DNA of 64,000 nt from Amoebophrya sp. A120 (lineage: Eukaryota; Protista; Dinoflagellata). Positions 1 through 12,610 of the stretch are shown here, piece by piece. The notes beneath the pieces were generated by a model, which made no database searches, was not told the DNA's origin, and was given only the letters and a program-made list of their open reading frames with translations. A program made the position numbers and the translations under genes. The DNA is taken from contig CAJINV010000001.1 in NCBI GenBank assembly GCA_905178155.1, forward strand, positions 8,631,642-8,695,641. The letters run 5' to 3'. The stretch's first letter is position 1, and each line of letters opens with the position of its first letter.

Positions 1-2002
1 AGGAGAGTCGCGAGCTGCTGCAGGAGTTCTACCTACCCGAGGAGGAGTGGTCGGTCACGCACGTGGACATTCGCGATATGCTCGACAGCCGCAAGGCCAC
101 CTGTCAGCGCCTGCGCCAGCGCCAAATGCGCGCGCAGCAACTCGTGTACGCAGAGAAGTTCGCGCTCAGTGCCGTCGGGAGCAGGAGGTCTAGTAGTCCC
201 GCGGCGGGGGGGAAGATAGTTGGAGGTAAAGCAGAAGATAAGCTGCAACATCAGCTGAGCCTCGCCGGGACCACCGGCCCGAATCAGTCGCCATTGCAGG
301 CGATCATGTCGGCGCAACATCCGCTAAAGATACCGGAACACGATGCCGCGCAGCGCGTGGCGCACTACGAGTGGATGCAGTGGGATGGCACCAACGCCAA
401 TCCGGACGTCACGCTAAAGTACCGACGGCCGCGCAGCGATACGCCACCACCTTTGAAGGTCGGAATCTTACTCGGGGTGTCGAATGCCGAGGAGGTGCTG
501 AAGCGGTATCAGCCGATCATCAATCTGTGGCGCTGCTACGCGAACTACCACCAAATCGAGTTTGTCACGCCAACAGACGACTACAACTTGAAGGCACATT
601 TTCGCGCCGCAAACTGGTTTCGGTGGTATTCTTGATCCGAGGATCTTGTTTCGTACAAAAGGTCTCGTCGCGGAGTTGTCGTTTTCCTTGGATGCGTTGT
701 ACTAGGGCCGAAAAATATAGTGGCAAACTGTGAGTGTGTGGACTTGGAGCGCTGTTCTTTCGGTAAACTTTTGAAAAAAAGTTTAAATAAAGTTCTGGCT
801 GTACAAATTGTGTCAAGAAGCAGTTTCTCCATTAAATTTCAGGTACATGGCCGATCAGTTTCTGGAGCAGTATGATTGGCTGATTCTGGTCGACCCTGAC
901 CAGTACATTGTCCCGGAGTGCTGGGGTCCGGACCGGTTTTCTTTTCTCTTCGACATTCTGCTAAAAACCGACAAGCACATTGTGATGCGGGACATTTTCC
1001 CGCCCCAGACGCTGAACAACGGCGTCACCATGCTGCGCAACAGCCCGCAGGGCCGGGCGTTCCTGAATTTGCTGCTCGAAAAGATCAGCTGGATCCAAAC
1101 CTTCCAGCACGACCAGGGCGCGTTCGATGAAACCGTGCTGGAAGTTGTCGGTGTGGTCGAACGAGCGCTGGCCCGAGCTGCGGCAGAAATCGACGCCGCT
1201 GCAGCGACGATTTCTCCAGCAGACGGTGACAGCAGTATGAAAAACGGTGGAGACGTCGAAACAAACAGCACGGAAGATGATAGCAACTCATCAGAGTTTG
1301 TCCCCTTCGCAAAACTGCCTGACGTCGACCCCTGGTTTCGCGGGAACGATTTGCGTAGCTTCGACCCCAACTTTTACGACAGCATCTGCATGCCCTGGCT
1401 GTTCCCGGACTCCAACGGCGCCCACCAGATCGCGGCCTACTCCATGTGCTGGTGGCAAAACCTCAAAGAATTCGCGGGTAAGTACTTACTAGCAAAATGT
1501 TGACTTTGCTTTTTCTGCTGTTGTGGTTGGGCATGCAGATTGATACATCTGCTTCTCGCTGCAGGCAATGCATGAACGCTGAACTCCTGAGCAGGAGAAT
1601 ATTGTAAACGGAAAATAAGAGGAAGATGATTATCATCATATATTTTAAGAACGAACGAATGAATCGACACGGGGACAGAGAACGTTCAACAACAATCCAG
1701 GGCCGTCTGGCAACCGAAGTAGCAAAATTGTGGAATTCATCGATCCCCGGTACGTTGATATGAATCACGTGGTCGGGTGGCGACGTCTCGAGGAGCCGGC
1801 GCTCCTGTACCACTTTGCGGGGCCGGGGAAGAACTTCGATGACATTCTGGAGAACTTTGGCCTGGAGCGCCACGTGACGGCGGACTGTCGCCGCGTCCAC
1901 GATTTTGTCGAGACGAAAATGGCGGAAAAAACCTGCGTCGCCGGCAATCAGGCGGTGAACGATATCCACCGGTTCTGTCCACCGCCTCTAGTGGTCTGCT
2001 AG
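1..2002 (+). CDS. Glycosyltransferase, GT34/GMA12-MNN10-like (5'-partial; exons <3-625, 843-1477, 1701-2002)
   Basis: Three ORF segments join in frame across GT-AG introns 626-842 and 1478-1700. Motifs YDWLILVDPD (DxD), LNNGVTMLRNS, HDQGAF and LYHFAG are typical of GT34-type enzymes. Confidence 0.7.
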
Positions 2003-2814
2003 GTGCTGCGCATGACGAGGACACAAAGAAATGTAACAGCACCTCTCGAGGATTACGATTCACTCGAAACTGCACACCAAAGAAGTGAAGAAAAGCTTGT
2101 ATGATCTATCAGTATTTTTAGAATACTATTCTACTTGCCTGCGCACCCGCACGTTGCGCCGCGCGCTCTCAGCTGGAAATCGACTAGAAGAAATGATACT
2201 TGCAATGATCATCGAAGCGGAGCAAAAACGAAACTCCGAGATCGATGATCATTATGATCGACGAAAGTACCACCTAACGACCACTCAAAAGTAGGTCACC
2301 GAGAAAGGAGAAACGTCCGAGAACTCGTGAAGTTCGGATGATAGAATCTTTTGGCTGTTCGACGACACGGATTTTTCTGTCATGATGAAAGTCTAAGCGT
2401 AAGCTTTCTGTTGCGCATTTTTTCTGATTCCGACTGTTGCTGCTCGTTTTGATGGCGATGAATCGATCGCTGACGCGAGCCGGAAGCGGTTTCGCAGCGA
2501 ACGCAGAAATCTTGAGGCAAAAGATGAATTTGTGAGCTACATCATCAAAGAGCAAAGAAAGACGAGAATAAAACGAACAAGATGAAAACTTTGCTGTGAA
2601 GTAAATAGCGACGCGAGCAGAATGCTTTACATGAAAACGCAATAGAGCCGCGGCTTCCAAAACTACGAGACAGTCGATGACCATTTAGGATGTGTAAGAA
2701 CTTCTACAGATACGTTTTTTTTGATGTGTAGATACCGAATCGAAAAATGATAGAGACACAAGAAAAGGCTACAGTTTATCTTGTGAAGAAGTGGCACTTG
2801 TTTTTCGAGTGAAA

Positions 2815-5430
2815 ATGCCTCCGAAGAAGCAGCCGGCGGCTGCGTCGTCCAAGGGGATAAAGAAGGCAGCGGGGAAGGAGGTGAAGAAAGCCAACAACAA
2901 GAAGGCAGATGCAGCGGCAGCAAAATCGAAGGCGAAGAGTACGTCAGCGCCTGCTAGGAACTCTTCTGCAGGTGCAGGAGCCGCGTCCTCAGCAATAGCT
3001 GCATCATCATCGTCATCATCTGGAGCGGCCAATAAAGCAACGAAAGTGAAACCGACCGACAAAACTGCTAAGGGCAAGAAAAAAGATGGCACGACATCAA
3101 CCGCCATCGCAGCTGGAGCTTCGTCAAAAGGAAAAAGCAGCACCGGGACGAAGGCAACGACTGTGAAGAAGCCGCAGCCGATGAAGCTCGCCGCAGAGAA
3201 AAGTTCGAAAGCAAACGCAACGACTAAAGCGATAAAAGTGGCGGGAGGTAAAACTAAAAAAACGAACAAGACTTCTGTATCAGCCACCGTCGCGTCCTCG
3301 AATAAGGGAACAACTGACAAGGCGAGCGGTAGCAGCCCAATGAACAAGAAGGCAACGAAGATGAAAACGCAACACTCGGCCAGCGCCCACATGAATGCCA
3401 TCGTGCAGGGGTTGTGCGAAATCACGAACATGGCCTTCAACGACATGAGAGACAACTACTGCGTGCACATGGCCAACAGCTTGGACATCCTGATCACGAA
3501 GCTCGATTTCCCCGAGTTGAAGGTGGTGGCGACGGTGAACGAAATCCTGGCGGGCTCGAAGAGCGTGCCGGCGTTCAAGGACTACGCCGAGCTTGATGCG
3601 TTTTGGGACTTCGTGGACCTGTGGGAGGACCTGGGTCTGATCTCCGCGGGCCACTGGATCCAGAACCACCTGATGAATCTAGAAGTCAGTCTGTCCGGCA
3701 ATGCCGCGGTGGGTTATGTTGATTCGCTCTTCGGGCCGGGTGCAGCCGCGGCCGGGTTGCCCCTGTTTCCCCCGCCCGCTGGCGCCAGCAGTTCTTCGAC
3801 GGCTGCGGACCCGCTGTTCTTCGGGGCCGCCACGGGTTTCCTACCGCCGGAGGGGTTGGGGGACCTCCTGAACGAAGCAAACTTCGGCGCAGGGGCAGGA
3901 TGGGGCGCCGTTGACGATTGGTTCGCGACCGCGGCTCTGGGCGACGAGATTCCTCTGCAGCCAAAAGCGAAGGCCAAGGGAAAGGCGAAAGCCGCGGGCG
4001 GGAAGGCGGCCGCGAAGGCGAAGACGGCAGCCGCAAAGACTGCCGCGGGCAGCTTCATGGCGAAGGCAAAGGCGGGCGCGTCCTGGGGAGACGTTTTTCA
4101 GCACGCGCTGGACTACATCGGGAAGGGCTTGTCCTCCACCACCGCGGCGCTCGGAAGCAGTTCCTCGGCCGGGGGCGCGGGAGCGTCGAGTAGTAGCAAA
4201 GCGAAACCGCCACCACCGAATCCTTTCGCCGGCGCAGCTACAAGCAGTGGCGCGGGGGCCAGTGGGTCTTGGCAGCCCGTGTCGTGGGGGGCACTTTCGT
4301 CCAGCACCGGGAAAGCGGCAGGCGGCAAGGCAGTCCCAAGTAGTAATCCCTTCGCTTTTCCGTCGCAGTGGCATCAAGCACCACCCCCGCCCTTTAGCTC
4401 GCTGTTCAGCAGCACGACTCCTTTTCCCAGCACGAGCAGCAAGGCCGGCAGTGCGAAAGCCAAGGGCGGCGCCGGCGCGGCAAAATCGGGAAGTGAGTTA
4501 TTCCAGCTGTTCGCCCCCGGAAAGTACAAGGCCCCTGCACCCGGGGGCGCCGGCAGCTCATCGTCGTCAAAGGCAAAGGCAGGCGCACCTCCCGCTTGGT
4601 TTCCGTGGACCGTGTTTGGCGGGTCCTCGGCGGGAAAAGCGGGCAGCGCGGGAAGCAAGGCAACCGGGGGAAAGCCCGTTTCGAAATACGCCTCGATCTT
4701 CAGCAAAGGTGCGGAATTCGGGCTCGCCAAGGGGCTGGGCAAGGGCGGCGCGCTCTTCGGCACGAGCAAGGGCTCTGCGTTACTCCCCTCGACATTTGGA
4801 GGGACTCTGGGCCAGGACGCGAACCTCACTGCCGTCAAGGCGCTCACCGAGAAGGAGCGCACCAAACTGGTCAATGATGGCCTGTCGAAAAAGAGGCACG
4901 AGGAGATCGCGGAAAAGCTTCGCGCCGCCCGGGACCAGAATTCTTCGGAGCAGAACGCAACCGATTTCCTCTCGAAACAGGATCAGGGAATAACAACAAC
5001 AAATGCCAACAACAAACAGCCCAGTAGTAGCTCCGCGGCCGCGGCGGCATCGAGCAGCAGTGCAGGGAAGGGTCCAATAAAACTAGCTGCGACTACTTCG
5101 TCCTCTGCCGCCTGCTCGTCCAACAAGCAGCCCTACAACACGAAAAACCCCTACCTGCAGGCGTGCACGCTGTCAAAGCCCGGAACCGACGAGGTCCGCA
5201 AATTGTACCTAGCGATGACCGTGCAGCAGCAGGGCGCGAAGACGGTAACGACGGGGAAAACAAAGTCGAAATCAAAAGACTTGCCCAAAGTAGATGACAA
5301 ATTCGCCGCAAAAGTGTACGACAAGCTTTTCGCGCCGGCATTTGTGGAATTCTGCAAGAAGGAGAGCAAAAAAGACGCAGCCAAAAATCTGCTGGCGGAG
5401 AAGGACCAGGTGCATAATTTTATTGATTGA
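2815..5430 (+). CDS. Low-complexity Lys/Ala/Ser/Gly-rich protein of unknown function
   Basis: Single uninterrupted ORF of about 870 codons from ATG 2815 (MPPKKQPAAASS), with GC-rich codon usage. Basic K/A-rich N-terminus and a short globular-looking central segment. Confidence 0.7.
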   Translation: MPPKKQPAAASSKGIKKAAGKEVKKANNKKADAAAAKSKAKSTSAPARNSSAGAGAASSAIAASSSSSSGAANKATKVKPTDKTAKGKKKDGTTSTAIAAGASSKGKSSTGTKATTVKKPQPMKLAAEKSSKANATTKAIKVAGGKTKKTNKTSVSATVASSNKGTTDKASGSSPMNKKATKMKTQHSASAHMNAIVQGLCEITNMAFNDMRDNYCVHMANSLDILITKLDFPELKVVATVNEILAGSKSVPAFKDYAELDAFWDFVDLWEDLGLISAGHWIQNHLMNLEVSLSGNAAVGYVDSLFGPGAAAAGLPLFPPPAGASSSSTAADPLFFGAATGFLPPEGLGDLLNEANFGAGAGWGAVDDWFATAALGDEIPLQPKAKAKGKAKAAGGKAAAKAKTAAAKTAAGSFMAKAKAGASWGDVFQHALDYIGKGLSSTTAALGSSSSAGGAGASSSSKAKPPPPNPFAGAATSSGAGASGSWQPVSWGALSSSTGKAAGGKAVPSSNPFAFPSQWHQAPPPPFSSLFSSTTPFPSTSSKAGSAKAKGGAGAAKSGSELFQLFAPGKYKAPAPGGAGSSSSSKAKAGAPPAWFPWTVFGGSSAGKAGSAGSKATGGKPVSKYASIFSKGAEFGLAKGLGKGGALFGTSKGSALLPSTFGGTLGQDANLTAVKALTEKERTKLVNDGLSKKRHEEIAEKLRAARDQNSSEQNATDFLSKQDQGITTTNANNKQPSSSSAAAAASSSSAGKGPIKLAATTSSSAACSSNKQPYNTKNPYLQACTLSKPGTDEVRKLYLAMTVQQQGAKTVTTGKTKSKSKDLPKVDDKFAAKVYDKLFAPAFVEFCKKESKKDAAKNLLAEKDQVHNFID

Positions 5431-5578
5431 CGGGACGATGTCCGTGTTCGCCTTTTAGTCATTCCAACTTGCGCTTGCCGCGTCGAGGAATCGCCATGAT
5501 CCCACATGCTCTTACCGCCATTATACCTTGAACTTCATCCCAGCAAAAAAATAACAGGAGCCACCGAAAGTGCCGAAA

Positions 5579-6910
5579 ATGCGACTGTATGGACAGAACT
5601 GCCAGTTGTTTGAGTTTGAGCAGCCGGTGATATCGATCGGGAGTCACGTATCTTGCGACATTCGCTGGCCTGACGCCAACAAGGTGGTGGACGCAAATCT
5701 GGACCTCCTTCTCGATTGGCACGCACCGAGCACCGCTTCCTCGAATGAGCTGATAGATGGGTAAGTGCTATTCGTGTTCGGCTTTGTAGTAGGTTGGAGT
5801 ATCCAGCTCCAACTGAAACTTACATGTTCGAGTCAGGTTTTGTTTTCTTTTGCTTTGCTCCACTCGGCTTTCAACTTGCAGAGCAAGAATGAAGCGGGAA
5901 GTTGTAGCTTTCATCCGCTATAGGAGATAAGTTAAATTTGGAATGATCTTCATGATGATCTGATAATGCACATCAGGTTTCTCGTTTACGCACCCTCCGG
6001 TCATTGGTACTTTCTCGATTTAATGGGCAGCGAGAAGCGCTCGACGTGGACGCACGCGCGTAGCGACATCCAGAAGACGGCGGTGCACTCCACGCCGAGC
6101 GAGCGCAAAGTGATCGTGTTCGAGGAGGACGAAATGTTTTGCCTGCGCCTTGGGCCCTCCAACCTGAGCTCGCAGATGAAGTACTTGTACTGCAACCTCC
6201 CCTACGATCGCACGGAGGAGCGGAACAACCAGGGCAGGAGAAGCTCCTTCCCCGCCGAGGACGTCGCCGCCGGAACGGTGGAGGAAAAAAACGGCGAGAG
6301 GCCCGCGGAAGTAGACGGCAGTGCGACTCCGGACGAAGTGGAGCGAAAACCGGCGAGGAAAACTTCTAAGAAGAAAGCAACGGGCAAAGACGAGGAAGCA
6401 GGGACCACCTCGGTCGCCAACAACTACACGACCGCAGAGCTGGATGCTCCTGAGGACTCGGCGCACCTGACCACGCGGAAGCCACCGCCGCCGAAGAAGG
6501 AGCTGCTTTTGCCGCCCGCGTCGCCGAGCAATGGTTCCCCGGCCGCGAAGAAGCCGCGACGCAGTTCTTCGAGTCCCAACCGGCCGCCCAGAGTGGTGGA
6601 GGAACCCCCGAAGCTTTGTGAGGCCTGCATGGAAAGCACTGTGGAGGTGATCACCTACCCCTGCAGACACAAGACGCTGTGCTGCGAGTGTCTGCAAATC
6701 ATCGGCAGCAGTAACCCGAACCCGAGCGCAGTTTCGCTCTCCATGGGCCCCCAGTGTCCGTTGTGTCGGGCGACCATCACGCGGGCGGAGCCACTCTGTT
6801 GGGCTCCGCTGCTCGCGCAAAAGTCCGGAGGCGTCTCGGTTCTCTGTCCCGGAGTGGATGAACCGCCACCGCTTCCAAACTTTACCAGCCTCTTCATGGA
6901 CGACTTCTAA
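5579..6910 (+). CDS. RING-finger protein with a degenerate N-terminal FHA-like domain (exons ~5579-5760, 5977-6910)
   Basis: GT-AG intron 5761-5976 joins IDG/FLVY in frame. C3HC4 RING CEAC..PCRHKTLCCEC..CPLCR. FHA-like VISIGSHVSCDI..WYFLDLMGS. Start codon uncertain. Confidence 0.65.
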
Positions 6911-7695
6911 ACTTGTTAAGTAAGTACCTTCAGTCACAACTACCACGACTTTTTGAATAGACACTATGAAACAACTTCGCCGATACGGCGACAATCCCAC
7001 GAATCTGCATCTGGAGTAGATGTTCAGAATTTTTTCACCTCTTCAGTGGTGTAGTGCGCCCCGCCCCGCACGGCCTGGTGTGTGGAAATTTGGAGAAAAG
7101 TCAGGAACGAGCTTGGTTTTTTTCAGAACTTTAGCGGCACGAACTCCGATCTTTTGGCGAGACAGAGTAGAACGAAAGCCTGCACACGCAAAAAGACACC
7201 GCCTTGGTGTTTTCTTGACGGACCACCTATGGCTTGATACGTGTGTTCCAGAAATCCAACGGCCTCCAACCTCTTTATACTTACGTCCAATTACTGCATG
7301 TACATCTACATCAGGATGAGTTCAATCGCCCGAAATGAAAATTCATTCATCAGGTCACGGCAACATACAGCAAGACCATGCAACACAGTAGCTTTAGGTG
7401 CAAGTGGAGACCGCCAAGATTTAGCTTCCATTGTGGAGGACTCTATTTCATCATGTTCTAGCAGCGACGCGACCACTTCTCACTAGCATAGATCTTGTCC
7501 CCACCTCCATTTTCGAAATTTTTTTCTGACAAAAGCACTGTACATACTTACGCGCGACACTGTCTTCAATAAACCAGTTTGTTTTCCACGCCACGCGACA
7601 AGATGTCGACTCCCTCTCGGCGCTGACTATCTCTACACATGATTTTAGACGCAATTCGTCCCCACAGGCAGACGTACAGTACAACAATCTTCACA

Positions 7696-10600
7696 ATGTC
7701 TTTCTACAACTTTGATGACGCGCCGAACTTCGGTGCGGCTGTGCCTCCAGCCGCCTCCTCGAAGGATGCTGAGATGGGATCGGAGTCCGAATCAAACGAG
7801 GAAATCCAGCTGAGCAACAATGCTGAGCAGAAGAAAGTTTTTCCCTATGAAGGAACCTTCGACAAGGAGGAGCAATGGCGGAATGTTGGACCGGGCGTGT
7901 TCAACGACGACAGTGACGAGGAGGACGACAGCGACGATGATAGCGAAGAGGAGAGCAGCGACTTTGACATGCTCGACGGCGGTGGGGCGGCAGGTTTCTT
8001 ATCCTCGGGAACGGTAGCGGGGGCCCTGTGGGAAGGCGGGCGCGGGAGTTTGAAGGAGGTCCAACTGAATTTCCTCTCGCAGCCGCCGGAGATCAGGCAC
8101 GAAGCACAAAAGCTCGAGGTAGCGCTGCAAACTGTGGAGGGCGTGGCGAAAGACAATATCTTCACAGTCGCAGTCACGGAAACAAAGCCGCCGGGGACGG
8201 AAGAGACGAGAGCAGGAACTGCGGCACGGCGAGAGTTCACGGAGAAGATGAATTTAGTGAAGGAACTCCTAAACGGGAACGCCTGTCGCGTGTTGCTGGA
8301 GAGGCTGCGTCAGGATCCGGGACGACGACACCAAACTGCGGTCCGCACGGCTATGCGCGTCTACCACGAGAATTGCGCTGTCTCGGAAGCGGAGTGGCTG
8401 TTGTTTCTGAGTGAGGAGGCGGCTGCCGTCGTTTCCGCGCCCGATTCGCAGCAAGAAGCCGGCCGTCAGCATTTGGAGGCTTTGTTTCGGGAGGCCCTCA
8501 GCGCCGGTCTCGGTTTCTCCGCGTCCCTCTGGACGCGTTTCGCGACCACGACGGCTCAGTTGCACGACGACCCGGCTGAAGCGCTGAAACACAGCCACCG
8601 GTGTTTCGAAAACGGGCTGGCAGTCGTCGCTCTGGACCCGGACCGGTCGGTCCAATTGTTCCACGCGTATCGCGCGGACCCCGCGTGCACGCCCGCAAAG
8701 CGGGAAGCGTTGTGGCACCGGCAACTGCAAATACCGAGCCCCTACCTGGAGCAGTTGGCCGCCCAGTACAAAGCCACGGGAGCCGCTTTCTCACAGTCGG
8801 AACAGGAGAAGCTCGATAAGGCGAAGGCCGCGTGGAGTAAGCGGAGCAAAGCCTTCAGCGATTTACTGCGTTGTGAAAAGGGGCAATTCGAGAATCAGAC
8901 GAAAAGTCTGTTGCAGAGCGGTCATTCCAGCAAATCACCTAGCGCTCATGCGCCGCCCACAGTGCTCGTTGGGGTTAGTGCAGCTTCGTCGAGCAGTTCT
9001 TCTGCCGCCGCGTCCCCATCCGAGAAGGAGCAGCACTTCGCCGCTGCGAAAGAGCTGATCGCGGTGGAAAAGAAGTCCAAGGACGTACAGCGTCTGGATT
9101 GGGCGTATCTGAGGTGTTGCGAGAGTCTCCTCGCCAGCAACTGCAGTTTCGAGGCGGAGGAGCTCGCAGTCGAGTACGCTGAGTTCGTCTCTGACAAGGT
9201 GCGCGACGTGCGCCGAGCTGCGCGCATCCTGGACCGCGTGCGGAAAGCGAGCAAGGGGTATTCTGGCGTTGGAGCACAGCGGCTGCTGCTTGCCGAACAG
9301 ATCTCGGGGAGCGACTCCGTAGAGACCCTGCATGAGCGGGAGCTGTTTCACTTAATGACACAGCTTCATTTAGCGGAGCCGGAGAACAAAGTGTCTACGT
9401 TGTTACACAGCTTTATAAACGCCGTAAAGCTGTACGGCGATGCGTTGCGCCGATGCCTGGGTAAAGTCGACCAGATGCGCTCACTGTATCAGAACTATCT
9501 AGACCAGCTGGATAGCCTCACTACGCGCGCAGCGGCGGCAACAGAGGGGCTTGCCGATCTCGCCGCTCCGCTGAAGCAGTGCCAGTACGAGCTTCGCGCA
9601 CACTGGATGCGCGTGGAGGCATACAACTTCGCCAGCCTCGAGCGGGTCACGCATGTGTGGCCGCCCAGCATGCGCGTGGACGTGCAAGCGGCCGGTACCG
9701 CGTTCAAAGCTCTCCGATTCTGCAGCGCGGCTAGCAGCTCGAACATCCGTGACGTGGTGCTGTCAAAGATGCTTACTCTTGTCAACAGCGTAGCGGACCG
9801 CCCGGATCTGCTCGCCTTTGAGTACGTTGACCTCTTGCGCCACGACCCGGAAACCACGAAGGCCGATCTGGAAGCTGCTTGCGCCATGTTTCGCAATCTC
9901 TGCCAGAAGCACAACGCGCAAGTGAAAGAGGGCGACGAAATTTGGGACGAGAGTCCGGATGATCCCATGTGCCCCTTCGGCGTCAACGCCGTGGGCCTAG
10001 AACTACAAAAGGCCGCCACACGACCACACGGGGAAATAAAGGGCAGCTCCTCGTCTGAAAATAACGCATTGAGCACTGAAACCAGTGGTATCACTAACAC
10101 GACCGCTTCCTTGCAGAAGTTTGTGGAAGAGAAATTCAAGAGCGTCACTGCAGCAAGCAAAAAAGACCACGGCGTGCTGCCGCTGCTGCACCTGGCTTGG
10201 GTCAAGGCAGAAGCCTACAGCTTGAACCAGACGATGCTGAACCTGCAGCACCGCATCCGGGACATGTTCAAGCAGTGCCCGGCGGCGAACCGTGTCTTCG
10301 ACTGGTGGTGGGCGGTGTTGCAGTGCGCCCGGCACTGTGTGCGGAACAAGGAGGAGGACCTGAGAATCCTGACGGACCTGTACAAAATGGCAATCCAGCA
10401 AACCGGCAGCGAGCAGCTGGCAAAGGACTTGTTTAACGTGTTGTGCGAGGTCAGCCCCACCGTGGAGCAGGTGATTCACGCACAGCATCTGCTTGCGCAG
10501 ACAAGCAAGAAGGCACAGCTCGCGGAGGAAAAACAGCAAGCGAAAAGCAACAAGCGGCAGCAGCAGGCGGATAGTGACGTAGGTGTGCTGGACGGGACGA

Positions 10601-12610
10601 GTGGTGTGCGTCCGAAGAAGCGACCACGGCCAAATGCCGACGGGGACGTAGATATGTTGGAAGATGACGCGCAGGAGGAAATGCGGCTGCCCCGAGGCGT
10701 GCGACCCGCAAATACGGGAAGAAACCGGAAGAAACAGCCAAAGAAGCCGAAGAAGGAGGGCGGCGCGCACTACCTGCAGGTCACGCTCGGACCAGACGCG
10801 GCCGTGAAATTCGACGAAGCCAAGAAGACGGTTTTTGTGCGCAATATCGATGTGCACGTGGATGAGCCAGAGCTAGAAAGATTGGTATGGATTTTTGATG
10901 TTTATCGCTTGCTGAATTTCATCAATTTCAAAGGCCAGCTGCACCGACCGATCTTCGTACCCGATTTTGTCAAAGGACACCGTAAAAATAAAAATCCCGA
11001 TGCTTAAGCTTAGACTTAGTCTGTTCCACAATTTTGTGCAGGTTGCCGAGCACGCTGTCCCAGGGTTGCAGGAGGTTCGCGTGGTGCGGGACTTCCGGGG
11101 AAACCCCAAGGGGTGGGCATACCTGGACTTTGACGAGGAAGAGAATGTGCGGCTGTGCTGCGAGAAGCTGCACAACTTGGAACTGCACTCCCGAAAACTG
11201 TTCGCCAAACCCTCGAAACCGACACAGCAACTCTACGAACCCGGGGTCGTCTTCCTGACGAACGTGGCCCGAGGCTTCGACCTCCGCGCCTTTTTCCAGA
11301 CCCAGCACGGCTTAGCCGTCAAGGACGTGCGCTTTTTGTCTTCAGCAGGAGGAGGTGCAGGCGGGAGCCAGAACCTCCACACAAACAGTACGCCGGCCGG
11401 AGGTACTAGCAGTAGTTCTACTTCTGCAACAGGGCTAGTGGAGCATCAAACGTGCAACGCTTTCGTTGAGTTCGAGCAGGAGAGTTCCGTGGAGAAGGCC
11501 ATCCACCTAGAGTCCCTCCCGCCGGAGATCCAGAAAATTGAGCGGTCCATCCCGATGAAGAACCACGAACACAAATACGCGAAGACGCGGAAGGATGCAC
11601 CGGGGGGTTTTAATGACCAGCTGAAGTGGAAGCGGGACCTGGACGCGCTGAAGGCGAAAGCAAAAAACACGCTGTTCGTGAAAAACCTCAATAAGAAAAC
11701 CACCGAGGCCGGGATATCCTGTGTAAAAACGTACCCACACCAGAGTTGTAATGCAAATCTGCATGCTGAAAATGTTTCTCATGCGGAACCCCATGAGAAG
11801 CGTTTTCTAGTCGTGTTTTGCAATTTGTCATGCTCCAATCAGCATGGTATGCTAGATCTGTGATGCTGCTGAGCTAGCTCAAACAGCACTACACTACGAA
11901 TCCAAATTTGTCATGCAAAACAGCCAAAACTTGTGGATTTGTCTAGCCGATTCCCCATCTTGACTATGGTGTGGGTACGTTTTTACTCAGGATACGGGAT
12001 CCGGCAGCACTTTGCGTTGTACGGCGAAATCACGCAGATTGCCCTGATGAAGAACGAGCACGGAAAAAACAAGGGCTTCGGCTTTCTGGAGCTGAAAACC
12101 GCTGAAGAGGCGGCGGCGGCGCTACAATTGAATAATTCGGACCTCGACGGGCGGAAAATCAACGTGGCAATATCGGACCGCCCGATCACCAACAAAAAGG
12201 AGCAGGCGGAAACAACAAGCACTGCTCGAGTGGCACTGGTAGTCGACCGCAGTGAAGACGGACAGATGTTGGGAAAGTCGGGAAAGAATGACTTTGGACA
12301 AAAAAAAGGGCCGTTTGACAAGAACGCGAGCAAAGGGAAAGACGGCAAGAAAGGGGGCTTTGGGAAAGACGGAAAGAAAAAAGGCGGAAAAAACAGTGAC
12401 TTCAAGGGCGCAAAGAAGGTCGGCGGCAAAGAAAACAAAGGTTCGGTTAAGTCCAAGGACAAAGGCGGCATGAAAAAAGGCTTCTATGCGGGCTCAGAAC
12501 AACCCGAAACCGCAACCGGAGCAGCTCCGATGGAGGGCGTGGAGGAAGGAAGTGGCGTTGCGTCCGCTCCAATGTCCAACGCTGATTTTCGAAAATTCCT
12601 GATGGATTAG
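7696..12610 (+). CDS. SART3: U4/U6 snRNP recycling factor SART3/Prp24 (helical HAT-like region, RRMs, C-terminal Lsm-interaction motif)
   Basis: Exons 7696-10884, 11042-11714, 12000-12610. RNP motifs TVFVRNI/KGWAYLDF and TLFVKNL/KGFGFLEL. C-terminal MSNADFRKFLMD matches the Prp24/SART3 Lsm-binding motif. One GT-AG intron (10885-11041) and one TIR introner. Confidence 0.85.
11715..11994 (+). mobile_element. TIR introner A (280 bp, TATCCTG family), non-canonical intron in SART3
   Basis: 32-bp TIR TATCCTGTGTAAAAACGTACCCACACCAGAGT with 2 mismatches to the right end. TSD CGGGA at 11710-11714 and 11995-11999. Excision restores TTEAGIRQHF within an RRM. Confidence 0.92.
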
